From Lama glama (Eukaryota), in contig CM052818.1 in the NCBI GenBank assembly GCA_028534125.1, forward strand, positions 41,604,001 through 41,668,000: a stretch of DNA of 64,000 nt, in the 5' to 3' direction. Of this stretch, positions 12,598 to 24,580 are shown in pieces; within the stretch, counting starts at the first letter, position 1; every line of letters begins with the position of its first letter. The notes under the pieces are model-generated. The model was given only the letters and a program-made list of their open reading frames with translations, searched no databases and had not been told where the DNA came from. Position numbers and translations under genes: made by a program.

Positions 12598-14149
12598 TTG
12601 GAAATGTGTGTGTGGAGGGGTCATTATTTCTTATGTATTTCTATGCCATGATAAATGCTTTCCATATACAATTAAAATCAATTCTCAAAGTAACAATGAA
12701 AGATAGAAATTATTGCTAATATGGTTGCGGAATCAAGGTTTGAAAAAATATATGGTCACAAAACTAGTAAGTACTATAAACTGGATTTGCACTCAGGTAT
12801 ACTTAACTCGAATTCCCTTTCACTACAGAATTTCCTTTAAGGTCTTATTCTGGACTGATTGATAAATTTAAGACTCTTTTCCTTCCTGTCATATGCAAGT
12901 CAAACTAATTTTTTCCTGATACTTAACAATTATCCATGACTGCAGTGAACCTCAATCCATACCTTGTCTCATTTCTTGTCCTTGAATAACCTGAAATTGA
13001 GTGTAATATGGTGTTTCATGACTAAGTAATATCTGAGAAACTGTGGTAATTTTAGCAAATACTGGATTTCCCATTCCAGGGACCACACAAGGAAAGCCAA
13101 GTCTTCTTTTCTGTTTGGTTTTGGGTTTTGTTTTGTTTTGTTTTTTCATTTTTTTCTCAGTCAAATGAGAAAACGTTCTATTTGGTTCCAAATCTCCAAC
13201 CATCTTGTTGAGTTATAAAAGTCCACCAGTGAATTCTGGATGATGTGTGAGAAAACTCCTATTTAAATTTCATAAACAGCAATGAATATCCCCGACTTCA
13301 TCGGACAGTGAGGATCCTGATCTATTAAACAGGTCCCCTGATCACTCCTTCCATGGGGCCAGGATGCAATTTCCTAGCAAATTGGAATCAGAATTGGGTT
13401 TTTAAGGAGAACCTTCCCACAGTTATAAACATCCTTAATTTTTACAGCAACACATTGACTTCAAACCGGACTCCTAATTATTGCAATATTTTCCTTTAAA
13501 AGCCTGCATTGTAGATTCGTGTAAGGTCCAGACATCTGCTTCAAATCCAGAAATTTCTTTCCTTTCTCAAAAAGGTTGCTCTCCTCCAATTAGCCTCACC
13601 AGAGCAGCGGGAGCAAGTGAAGCTCTGGGGGTGGGGTTTCATGCTTACTGGGCGCATTCCAGCCTCACCCGCCTTCTCCCACATGGGACCATAATAACCA
13701 CTTTGCCTGTTGGACCCGGGACCAAATGGCTTTTGAAGTACAAAACAGATATGCCTGGAGTCTTTAAAATCTCCTTCTGCAAACTTTGGGTTTATCGTAA
13801 ATAGATGCAATTTACCTAAGACAACACATTCTCTGACATTTCTATTGGCCATAAATTTTAAGCACGGGTGGGAGAAAACTTTTTGTTGTTGTTGTTTGTT
13901 AAGGTCCATCTTTACACACCTGAAACACAAAATTCTAGAGGCTGCTTGGCTGGAGTTAGTGGTTGGAGGCAGTAACTGTTATTTAAAACCCAGAGGGCCG
14001 TGGTAATGATGATTATTTCAACTGATATTTAAACCTGTCTTTCATCCCCCACAACCCCAGTGCTCCCAGTGGATGGCCTTATGTTAAATGCCAGTATAGC
14101 TAAATGAATTAATCTAACTTAAGTCTACCTTTTCTGAGAATCCTATAGT

Positions 14150-14320
14150 AAAAAATCATAGGTTTGGGCTTCATAAATATGTAGGTTTAGATCTCAGTTC
14201 TGTTACTTAAATATGAATGGGCTGGTGTGAGACTTTACTTTCTGGATTCAGTGTACATTAGCCTTGGGTCTCATTTTTCCCCATCTATAAAATGGGAGTA
14301 TTAAGTGTTTAAGGGTTGAT
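14150..14320 (+). mobile_element. MIR
   Basis: ccttgggtctcatttttccccatctataaaatgggagta. Confidence 0.65.
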
Positions 14321-14419
14321 ATTAATCATGTCTCTTTCATCAGTTCACCTCCAAGTTGAGAACCAATTGTTCACAAACAGGCAGAGAATAAGATAGCAAT
14401 TTACCTGGATAAAGTGGGT

Positions 14420-14640
14420 TTGGGGAATGAGGCTTGAGTATAGCACATTCAACCTGAGATGCCCATCGGGTGATTAGAAGTGTGGGACCGAAGCTCAGAG
14501 GAGAAACCCCAGCTGGAGATAAGGTCGGCTGTGGAAATTATTAGTTTATGTCTTGTAGTGGAAGGTAGTGGAAGCCATGAGAGAAGATGAAATCACACAG
14601 AGGTTGCTCAGACTGAGAAAAGAAAAGGCGGAGATTCAGA
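14420..14640 (-). mobile_element. L2 fragment
   Basis: gaagctcagaggagaaaccccagctggagata...gaagccatgagagaagatgaaatcac. Confidence 0.65.
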
Positions 14641-15218
14641 TGGGCAGAAGGACCTGGGTGGGGGCCTGAGTCACGGCCAGGCCAAAAGAGCACGCTCTGT
14701 TATGGACACACTTGGGCTGGGAGATGCCAGTCAGAAGCAAACCTACTTCCTCTGCCCAGCTGGCTGGAGGCTTTCCTTAGATCCAGGGGCAAGACCAGGA
14801 ACTCCGCCCGGCTTGGCAGAGGGTGGAGGTCTGGGTTGTGGTGTCCCTGTTCCCCCACTTTTCATGCAGTGGTGGATCCTTGTTATCCACTAGCTCCAAC
14901 ACTCCAAAAATAGTGACTAATAACCATTCCTACTCTTTTTCCCAGCGCCCCCCCAAACCCCAATGCAACAACAACTTTCTTTAAATTGTCCTGTTCTTTG
15001 GGATTTTGTTACACACACTAATAACATCAGTTCTTGGGATCTCCCAGGAAAACTTTCTTGTCAAACATGGGTCCCGGTTTTCATTTTAGAAGAGAAGGTC
15101 CCCAGAGTTTATGTGTATGTATCCTTTCCAACTGGAAATTAACTCATCCAATTAAGCCATGGAAGTTACATTACAGGAGGTCCAGGGTTGCTCTGGCGCA
15201 TCTGAGGCTCTCCCTAGG

Positions 15219-15377
15219 CAGGGCTGCCCGTCACTGTTATGTAGATTGTGCATTGCTCAACTCCAGGGGCACCATTTACATTAGGGTTTATGTGATTATC
15301 ATCATAGAGCATTTAAGCTATTGGCATCTCCTAAGGTCGGGCAGAGTGCAGTTGCACAACCATACGCAGAAGTCCTA
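15219..15377. mobile_element. MER91-type hAT-Tip100 MITE
   Basis: cagggctgcc...gattgtgcattgctcaactccaggggcaccattt...gtgcagttgcacaaccatacg, an inverted-repeat architecture of MER91. Confidence 0.7.
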
Positions 15378-16429
15378 AGTCCAGCCAAGATCCTTTTCTT
15401 GCTCTTAGTGCAGCCAACCAGATAACAGGGCTCAGCCAACAGCCCTGCAAGCTGCAGAGAGCTTACTACCTTCAGATGACATAGACTCTCCATTCCATGG
15501 ATGAAGCCTGAGGGAAGGAATTATGCAGTAGTCTCCCAGCCACTGACTTACAACTAGGGCCAGGGACATCTGTCTTCTCCAGCAACTCGGGCTGATTGCT
15601 CAGAGCATCGGTCAATCTCTTGTCCTTGCTAGTAAATTTCTGAAAGCCTTACAACTGAGTCTAGGCATGAGGACTAGCCAGCAAAGGAGGCTCCCCTTTC
15701 TTGGCCTTAGCTTCTTCCTCCTCTAGCTCCATCTCTCTCTCCTTGGCTGGAGTTAAGGATAAAAGCAACATAGAGGAGCGGACCTGCCTCTGAGGACTGA
15801 GTGACTAAGTGGAAGGAAGAAAGAATACACATGAGAATCTGAAGAGAAATAGAAAGGGACAGAGCAGGTGCAAAACGGATCTTAACCACCTTATCCTGGT
15901 GATGACCTAGGGATGCAGCCAAATCACAGGCAGCTCCTCTCTGTCTTCACCCGAGTACCTGTTGGGTTTCACTCCAAGTAGCTTTGCTCTCGGATCCACA
16001 GAATGTGTGAATCTGTGAGATGCATCTCAGCATTGCTGGATTCCTTCTCCCTTTCATACATGCACCAGGTGAATCCAGCAGTGTTTGCTATTCCCACATA
16101 TACCTGGGGCTCTCTGGACCACTGAGAGAGGGTTGAGGTTAAAGATGGAGAACTGTGAATGAGTGCTGCTTTGACCAGCATTTAGATGCTTCATCTATGA
16201 GGCCTTGTTTCCAGTTCTAAAGCAGCGCATTTCTCAGCCCTTAATGGAGTGACATTGACAGTAAGCCAGTCATGTTTGGATAAAATAATAGTTGTTACCT
16301 GTCAGAGTGCCCTTAGACTTCCTAGTGAGGGGAATGCCATGGCTCATGGGTCATGCTCTGCAGTGGAGGAAGGAATCTGGCTGAGCTTTTGGGATACTCA
16401 GAGCTGTATGGAGCTGCTGGGGTAGAAAG

Positions 16430-17140
16430 TATAATAATAGGACATGGTCCCTAACCCTCAAGGAGCTCTCAGTCTAATAGGGTAGATATATATGTAAATA
16501 TATAGCAACAACAGATTAATAATAGCTGTGGTACATTTTGCACACAGGAGAGGATGTGCTCAGCTCTTCTATGGTCCACAAAGATAACATGGAACAAGAC
16601 TTGGTAGGACAAGAAAGATCAAGTAAAAGAGAAAGAAAGGGAAGGGTGCATGGGGCATTTTGCAGAAAGGTCTAGAAACAAGTCAATGCCATGGTACAAC
16701 TGGAACATAAGCAGCAAGGCAGAAAGTGATGGAAACTCAGGCTAGAGGTCAGACTGTGCAGGGCGTGGTTTACCAAGTGAGGAAATGAGGGACTGATGAG
16801 GGATAGTTCAACAACAGGAGTGACTGGATCTCATTTGTGCTTCAGGAAGTTTACTCTGTAGAATGGAGATTGACTAGAAGAGGTGATTGTGGAAGCAGGG
16901 AGAAAGGTTAGAAAGCTTTCATGATGCTCCAGGCAATAAATGATGGTGGACAGAAGTAAGGCTATACCAGCAGAGGTAGAAGAGGCAACAGACAGATTAT
17001 TTAGGAGGTAGACTCGAGAGCTGATACCTGCAGATGTGTGGAGATCGGTGAGGAGGGAGTGAGAGAACCCTAGGTTGACTCCAAGAAGAGGATGGACAAG
17101 CCATCGATTCTCTCAGTGAAGGACAAGAGGAAAGAGGATC
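16430..17140 (-). mobile_element. L2 fragment(s)
   Basis: gacatggtccctaaccctcaaggagctctcagtcta...gtggaagcagggagaaaggttagaaagc. Confidence 0.75.
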
Positions 17141-17489
17141 ACACTGCAGAGAGAGGAGCATGAGGTCTGGACCCCCACCTGCAACCCCGACCACCCCCTT
17201 CTCAGACCCCAAACTGTGGGCAGTAGGAGGAGACTTTGTTAGGGGAATGTGGGAAGAATGCTGGCATTGTCAGATCTTCACTGTACAGAGTAATTCTATC
17301 CTGAGAAACAGTGTTCTAGATGCAACTTCTAAGATACTCCAAAATCCTATAAAAAGAAGAGGGAAGATAGGAAATTCAAATAAATATATCTAAATAGCAC
17401 TATTAATAATAATACCTAATTAATTAACCATAATAATGGTTAATGACAATTCAAATGTCCAATTTGGTTATCTAATGCTACTGTTACTA

Positions 17490-17491
<2 letters not shown>

Positions 17492-17542
<51 letters not shown>
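17492..17542. repeat. (AAT)17 perfect microsatellite
   Basis: 51 bp of uninterrupted AAT counted directly. Confidence 0.95.
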
Positions 17543-17543
<1 letters not shown>

Positions 17544-18504
17544 TCTAATAATAGCCTTTCCTTTCTGCACCTTTTATGCCCCTTCCCCAGGTCCAGGCAC
17601 AAATATAGTGTTTTAATCTTTCCAGTGGTACTTTGCACTGCATTCTGGTCACATCTGTCTCCCCCATTAGATTATAGTTGTCTTGAAGTTTTTATGATCA
17701 TTTACATTTATCAGTTTAAAAACCTGTTTGATTAGGTGCTTTTATATTCATTTGTATATTCATATATACCTATATTTGTATATTCTTTTTTAAAATAACA
17801 CTCATATCTACCTTGTTAACATGTGGTTTAAAATACCATATCCAATAAAACTTTAAAAAGGAAAAAAAGGATGCTCTAATAATTTCCCAGATTCCTAAAG
17901 ACCATTTGCATCATGTCTGTGTGTGCCAATTACATGAGACAAAAAATACTTGTCTAGTTAATTTGTCTAATAGAATTAATACAAAAAAAAATGTGCCCAT
18001 AGGAGTAAGTATTCTTTTCTCCTGTGAAGTCGGTAAGATAGGAGTAGACTCAGGCCATACCTAGAAGGTGAGTGAGGTGATCTCTGGGGCCCTCTGGACC
18101 ACTGAGAGAGGGCTGAGGTTAAAGATGGTCCTGCTGTTCTCAGAGTGGTGAGTGTCCCACTCTGTAAGGACCAGAACAGCACTAACTTGTGAGGGACACA
18201 TGGCATCCTGAAATCAGGAGACTCTGTGGGACCCACATTGATTGACTGGGGAGGAAGAGGGGCTGAGGGTCAGCCTCAGGTCACTTTTTCCCTTAGTTTG
18301 GAAAGAAAGGATATTCCTCCTATCCCATAGTATTTCATCTCCACCCCAAAGAGGTCTCCCTGCAAGAGAAGGTGTCAGCTAGATGGGCAGTGCTCCCCAC
18401 CTGGAGACCAAAAATCTAAGCAACTTTGTTTCTTAATCAGAAAATCTTTAAACTTTTGATTTAGAGGAAACTACCAATTTGTCCAAATGCTATACAAAAA
18501 AATA

Positions 18505-18643
18505 GATAGAGAACTATATTCAATATCTTATAATAACTTATAATGAAAAAGAATATGTATATATGTATACCTGAATCGCTATGCTGTACACCAGAAATTA
18601 TCACATTGTAAATCAACTGTACTTCAATCAATCAGTCAATCAA
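18505..18643 (+). mobile_element. Short artiodactyl/camelid L1 3' end
   Basis: gaactatattcaatatcttataataacttataatgaaaaagaatatg...acattgtaaatcaactgtacttcaat. Confidence 0.85.
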
Positions 18644-18769
18644 CAGGCCACCAAAATGTCCAGAGAAAACCATTCATAGGTTTCATGTTCTTTTCTCTGA
18701 GACCTGGTTCATATATTAAAATAGACAGAGACGTTTAGGGGACAGCCGAAGGACATTCCTTTGTGTCCA

Positions 18770-18960
18770 ACTGTCCTAGTTCAATTCCAGCTCTGTAACT
18801 CTGTTACCTTAAGAAATTTGCCTAACTCTTTGAACCTGTTTCTAAAAATAGACAAATGCTACTCTCCTGGCAGAGTTTGGTGGGGATTCAATGGGAGAAC
18901 AAACACAAGGGTCTAGTCTAGTTCTTTGGCACACAGTAGACATTCAGTAACCAACACTGG
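18770..18960 (+). mobile_element. MIR
   Basis: ttcaattccagctctg...tttggcacacagtagacattcagtaa. Confidence 0.6.
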
Positions 18961-19969
18961 TAGCTTCTCCAAGTCACAGTAGCTTCCACAATGCCACATC
19001 AGGCTGCCCCCAGAAAGGGGACGGTCATCTCCCTGAGTAAATGCAACATTATGAATCATATTTATGTGGGTTATAGAGAAAGTTGGGGAGTAGTGTGGGG
19101 GACACTTCCATGCTGAAGGGCAGTTAGGAAGCCAATACGAAGGGTGTTCCTGAAGTCACCACAAGGCGAGGGTGCTACAGCTCCCATGCCTGGCAGTCCC
19201 TTGATAACCTTGCTGTTTTATCAGCATGGGCTCAGTTTTTCCTTTGGTTCAACTTCCCCTTGACCACATTGAAAAAAAAAAACAACCATTGTCCTCAGAA
19301 GGAAGAGTTATGTGGTAGGGAAACCACTTCTTCAGGGGAGTTGATTGTGGCCAACTTATTCCTGGGCTCGAAACAAAGCCAGAGCATCCCTCTGAAGAAA
19401 GAGAGGGTTCTCATGAATCATGAATCATGCTTTCAGCAAGTCGAGGGCAGTTGGCTGAGGGAAGATGCCTGTTCCTTGCACTACAGGATGCCAAAGCTCA
19501 TAACTCTTCCTGAGGCCACCGGGTCTGTCGGCCTTGTGGGGCCGTCCAGAAGCAGCGGGATCAGTGGGGCCTCAGCCTTGAGGTTTGTGGCCTCTGTCTG
19601 GCGTGCCTACAGTTGGATCTGCTCAAAGACGGCCAAATAAACCTCAGGGGCCAGTGGCCCCTCCTGTTCACCGGTTTCATTAACCAGCGCAGAACTTTGG
19701 GCAGTAGGAAGAGACTCCTCACTTCTCTATGGGCCTTTCATGCTCTGTGCTCTGGGGAAAGGCTTAGAGCGAGATTCTTGTTCATTTCGGTGACATTTGC
19801 CTGAAGCCCCAGGACTAGAGGTTGCCCTGTATGAACCCAGACACCTCCTACCTTAAAGGGTTGACCCAGGGCAGAGATGGAACCGGTTTTAAACTCTCAG
19901 TGGAAGTGTATGAACACAGGGCACCTAACACCCTACAGCTGCCCTGAAAACGGGACACAATATATCTTA

Positions 19970-20200
19970 GTGTTTGAGAGTATAATCTCATGATTCAAAC
20001 AGACCACGGTTCAGTTTCTGGCCCCACCACTCATGGCAGACATTTTGACAAGATACTTCATTTCTCTAACTTCAGGTTTCTTCATTTATAAAGTTGAAAC
20101 AATATAAGGATCTAGTTTGCTCCTAAAATTATAATGAGCATTTCATGAAATAGATGCGTGAGAAACATTACAGTTTGGGGCACCTAATGAGACTCGGGAA
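19970..20200 (+). mobile_element. MIR
   Basis: cagaccacggttcagtttctggccccaccactc...ttcttcatttataaagttg. Confidence 0.65.
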
Positions 20201-20692
20201 GTGCTGGTTTCTCTGTTAACCTTGAGCCCCGCACCTGGGGAATAAAGTTCATTCTGACATGTGTACATGAGCTGAATGGTGTCCAAAGGGCAGAGTCCAA
20301 GCTTGAAGGATACCTCAAGGCGGTCCCTTGACAGAGAAAAATGGGCTTATTTGGCCTATATAAGACTCCAGGAAACCCAAAGGCAACCATTTAATCCAAC
20401 TAACAGAAGAGTTGAATCTACTCAGATATCCCTACCCTTTCATCAGGTAGGTTTCTACAACATTCTGAGCCAAGTGTCTCTCATCAGGGATTCCTAGCCT
20501 CTGAACTTCTCTCCTTCAGGGGACCTTCTCTGTCACAATAATCTCCATATTTGTCATGCTCATTGGACTATCCATCAACCCACCTTTCCCAGGCTCTGAG
20601 TTCCATGAGTGCAGGGACCAAGTCTTAAATATCCCCCAGCACAGACCCAGAGCAGAATAACAACCCAATTGTTGGAGCAAATGTTGAGACAC

Positions 20693-21620
20693 TAAAAGTT
20701 ATGATCACCAGTTATAATGGGTGGAAGTGATATTTTTTCCCCACATATACCACCAAGCAATGGTTGGGACACCAGCTGGGTGTCCTGCAATTCAACTCAA
20801 TCCTGATACTATCTACCAGAGCATCAGATCCCACAGGTTAAGGACTCAGCCCTACCGGATTTTCCCTCCCCAACTTCAAACACGAGCCCCAAGCCCAGTG
20901 TCACTTGTGCTTCTGACCCACTTGCTGTAGATTGGAGGAGGTTCCCATGACCCCTCCGTGGGTTTAATTAATTTGCTAGAGCAGCTCACAGAACTAAGGA
21001 ACATTTTACTTACCAGCTTACTGAGGTGTTAGAGCGTAGCTCAGGGAGAGATCTATGGGGCAAGATGGGGGGAAGGGCATAGAGCTTCCATACCCTCTCA
21101 GAATGTTCTACTCTCTCCAAATCACATGTTCACCAACCCAGGAGCTCACGAGCCCTATCTTTTCAGGGTTTTATAGAGGCTTCATTACATGGACATGATT
21201 GATTGAATCATTGGCCATTGGTGATTGAGTTCAACCTCCAGCTTCTCCCCTCTCCCCAGAGGTCAGAGAGTAAAGCTGAAAATTTCAGCCCTTCATTCAA
21301 GGTTGGTTCCCCGGGTAACCAGCCCCAATGGTAGGTGTTTTCCATGAGTCACCTCATTAACATAAACCCTCTTGCATTGGAAAAGGGCTTTTTGTGAATA
21401 ACAAGACACCTATTTCACCTTTCAGGTTCTGAAGCAATTTCAAGAACCGAGGACAAGAGAGCAAATATTATGCCCAAAGATGGTCTTATCACCTAGGAAA
21501 TTCCAAAGGTCTTGGGAGCTGTGAACCAGGTACCATGGACGAAGGCCAAATATATATGAGAAATATATTTTGGTCAGCTGAATGACCAAATATGTATTTC
21601 TTATAAATCACAGCATCGCA
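20693..21620 (-). mobile_element. MER21-family ERV solo LTR, full length
   Basis: Minus strand starts tgcgatgctgtgatttataagaaatacatatttggtc (MER21 5' end). 928 bp, flanked by 5-bp TSD gacac (20688-20692 and 21621-21625). Confidence 0.85.
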
Positions 21621-21769
21621 GACACTACCATTTCTGAACGTCTCTGCTATGAGCTGCTCCTTACCAACTCACTCCTTAGGCCTATAGATTAGTATTCCTT
21701 GAAACACGAGTCACCTCTTCTCCTTCCTGCTGTTCAGAAGAATTTTTTTCTCAGTCCCATCTTTCATCT

Positions 21770-22150
21770 GTGCCCTGCCCCTTCCTGGAATGAGCAACTA
21801 AGTTGAAGGTTCCAGACAAATCAGGCAGTGGTCGGGGATGCTGTTCTGAGTGCCCCATACTTTCCCTCCAGATGGGCCTCTGCTCCTGCTCTTTCCACTG
21901 CCTGTATTGCTTCCCCTGCCCATGTCCCCCTGTCCAATTAATAGCAATCCTTCAAGTTGAGCTCGAGTATCCCTTTTCCCACGAAATCTTCCATGATTAT
22001 TACCAGAGGAAAAATCCTTGGCTCTCTCATAGCATACACTCCCCACTTCTTTTCTTATACTTAACACTCCCTAGAGAGCCTACAGCACTTGGATCTAGAG
22101 TTAAGCATGATATATTGATCACATGTCTTAATTTACTCTCCAACTAAAAC
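21770..22150 (+). mobile_element. L2 fragment
   Basis: atccttcaagttgagctcgagtatcccttttcccacgaaatcttccatga. Confidence 0.5.
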
Positions 22151-22282
22151 AGTAACTAAGGTAGGAACGAATATAAACCCACATTGACAAGAGACCAGGA
22201 GAGAAAACGTTAAACAAATAATAGATTTCAACAAAATTGAAAACTGAATAAAAAGTTGCAGAGAAGGAAGATTATTTTTCTC

Positions 22283-22431
22283 TGCCTATTCTTTTAAGAG
22301 CACCAATTCCGTTCATGAGGGCTCCATGACTGGCTTACCTCCTAAAGTCCCCACTTCCAAATGCTATCACATTAGGGGTGATGGCTTTAACATGCAGATT
22401 TTGGGGAGACACAAACGTCTGGCCCATAACA
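22283..22431 (-). mobile_element. MLT1A-type LTR fragment
   Basis: ttcatgagggctccatgac...atcacattaggggtg...ttttggggagacacaaacgtctggcccataaca. Confidence 0.75.
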
Positions 22432-22697
22432 TATGAAATTCTTGGGATTTTACAAGTAATGTTAATAGACACTTGATACATTGCATAGAGCCTAGCAAAG
22501 ACTGAGGAAAATGGAAAACTGGACAGGTGAGCAAACAAGGCAATTAGTAACACCAGATTTTAAAAATACACAGGTAAGGGAATATTATCGTAGTCCATTA
22601 CTTGGGTCTGTAATTAGCAACATTTACTTAATCATAACAAGATAAAAAATTACTGCTGATTTTGTTAATTCTCAAACTACTACACTGGAAGGATAGA

Positions 22698-22890
22698 GAC
22701 GGGTTTAGTAAACTTTTTCTATAAAGGACCAGATAGTAAGTATTTTAGGTTTTGTGGGCCACATGCAATCTCTTTAGTATATTTGTGTTTATAATGCTTT
22801 AAAATGTAAAGGCCATTCTTATTCCAGAGACCATGAAAAAACAAACCGTTGGCTGGATCTGGTCCACAAGCAGTAGTGTGCAGACCTCTG
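22698..22890. mobile_element. MER58-type hAT-Charlie element
   Basis: aaactttttctataaaggaccagatagtaagtattttaggttttgtgggccac...gcagtagtgtgcagacctctg. Confidence 0.8.
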
Positions 22891-23269
22891 ATCCCCAAAA
22901 TAGAGAGAGGGAGAGATATGTGTGGGTGGTGGCAGTGATGGTGGGGGGTGGGGAAGGGATGAGGTAATAAATCCTCCCTTGCCAGTAGACCAGTTTAATG
23001 GATAATGTTTCAATGTGTTCATCAGGAGAAACTGGTGTTATACAAGGCAAGAGGAGGCACTATATCCACAGAGAAACAACTGAAAGACTTGAGATGACTG
23101 TCTGTGAGGCTCCAGCCATCCTCTGGTAAGGAATGAACAGTCTCTAAAGCGGGTCCCCCCAAAGTGATGTGTCTTTCAGAACTAAGACCGTTCAGTAGTT
23201 GCTTTGGACATTTTGCTGATTTTGTGCTTTGTTTGTTTGTTTGTGTTTGTTTTTCATATATGGTTATAA

Positions 23270-23480
23270 ATAGTAACATATAAATAAGACACTTTCCTAG
23301 ACCTGCTCTCATTTGAACCTCACAGCAATCTTTGTAGCACATGTATGATTAACTCCATGTACAGGTAAGGAGTGGGAGTTCCAAGAGGGAAAACTAATTT
23401 CTCAGTGTCCCCGGGTGGGTCTGTTAATGGTAACATCAGATTTTGAACTCAAGCCCCTGATCCTTGTCTGAGCCATGTTC
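23270..23480 (-). mobile_element. MIR
   Basis: ctcatttgaacctcacagcaatctttg...gattttgaactcaag. Confidence 0.6.
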
Positions 23481-23570
23481 CCTCCTCTCTTCGTGCCAAA
23501 GTTCTTTAATGAGCAGGATTAATTCCTGAAGACAGCTGCTCCCAACCTTCTTCTGCTCTTAAGACATGAT

Positions 23571-23660
23571 GGGGTGAGTGTAGCTCAGTGGTACAGCACG
23601 TGCTTAGCATCCAAGAGGTCCTGGTTTCAATTCCCAATGCCTCCATTTAAAAAAAGGAAA
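23571..23660 (+). mobile_element. vic-1-type SINE, short form
   Basis: ggggtgagtgtagctcagtggtacagcacgtgcttagcatccaagaggtcctggtttcaattcccaatgcctcca plus A tail. TSD aagacatgat (23561-23570) / aagacataac (23661-23670). Confidence 0.88.
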
Positions 23661-23687
23661 AAGACATAACAAAATCAGTTCCTTTCT

Positions 23688-23839
23688 CTCAGCGAAAGAG
23701 AATGTGATAATGAATGTATGTATGTTCATGTATAACTGAAAAATTGTGCTCTGCACTGGAATTTGACACAACATTGTAAAATGACTATAAATCAATTAAA
23801 AAAAAGTTTACAAAGTTTATAAAGTGTACAACTTAAAAA
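23688..23839 (+). mobile_element. Young camelid-type L1 3' end
   Basis: gtatgttcatgtataactgaaaaattgtgctctgcactggaatttgacacaacattgtaaaatgactataaatcaatt. 17-bp TSD aaaatcagttcctttct (23671-23687) / aaaatcagttcgtttct (23840-23856). Confidence 0.88.
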
Positions 23840-24189
23840 AAAATCAGTTCGTTTCTAGTGTCCCCATACCCTTGGAGTGAGGGTCACCATGTACTGGGCC
23901 AGGAGCTGGCATAATCTGCACTTAGGATATGTCAGGTGTTTACGACTAGCCTCTGACCTAATTGGTCAGGATTCACACCCTCTACCCTCACTGTTAAATG
24001 GACTGCATGCTGGGAAAGCGAGTGGAGATCAGGCAGGAGAGGAAGCTCCTTGCCTTCCTAGGCCAGTGGGAAGGATGTGGCCCGACTGGGGTCCTTAGCA
24101 TGGTGTTCCCAGCCTTTATGGTTTGGCCCCAGAGACCTCATACCCCCTACTGCCATCTTGTACCCCACTTTTTGTCACACTGAGCAGAA

Positions 24190-24381
24190 CACATTATGAG
24201 TGATTTACCCCACAGTTCTAGACAGCAGAAGTGTGAAATGAGTCTTATAGTCTAAAATCATGATGTTGGTGGAGCCGTGGTCCTTCTGCTACATTCGTTC
24301 TACCGTGTGAAAATGACAGACTCACAAGCTGGGGGATTAAGACATGGACATCTTTGGGGGGAACATTATTCAACCTACCAT
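24190..24381 (-). mobile_element. MLT1 LTR, internally deleted
   Basis: cacagttctagacagcagaagtgtgaaatgagtc...ggggattaagacatggacatctttgggggaacattattcaacctaccata. Confidence 0.7.
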
Positions 24382-24384
24382 ATG

Positions 24385-24580
24385 GAGTTAGAGGTTAGTT
24401 TGATAAAGCACCTGGAGCTCAGAGCAGAATATATGTTAGTGATACGATTTGGGAGTTATGGGTTTTGATGAAGTAATTGAAGCCATGTGGGTAGGCACGG
24501 TGATCTAGGGGGAGAGTGCAGAGTCAGAAGATCAGAGATGACAACTAAACCCTAGGGTCTTCCAAGACGGTAAAGACACA
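24385..24580 (-). mobile_element. L2 fragment
   Basis: cctggagctcagagcagaa...gtaattgaagccatgtgggtag. Confidence 0.6.
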
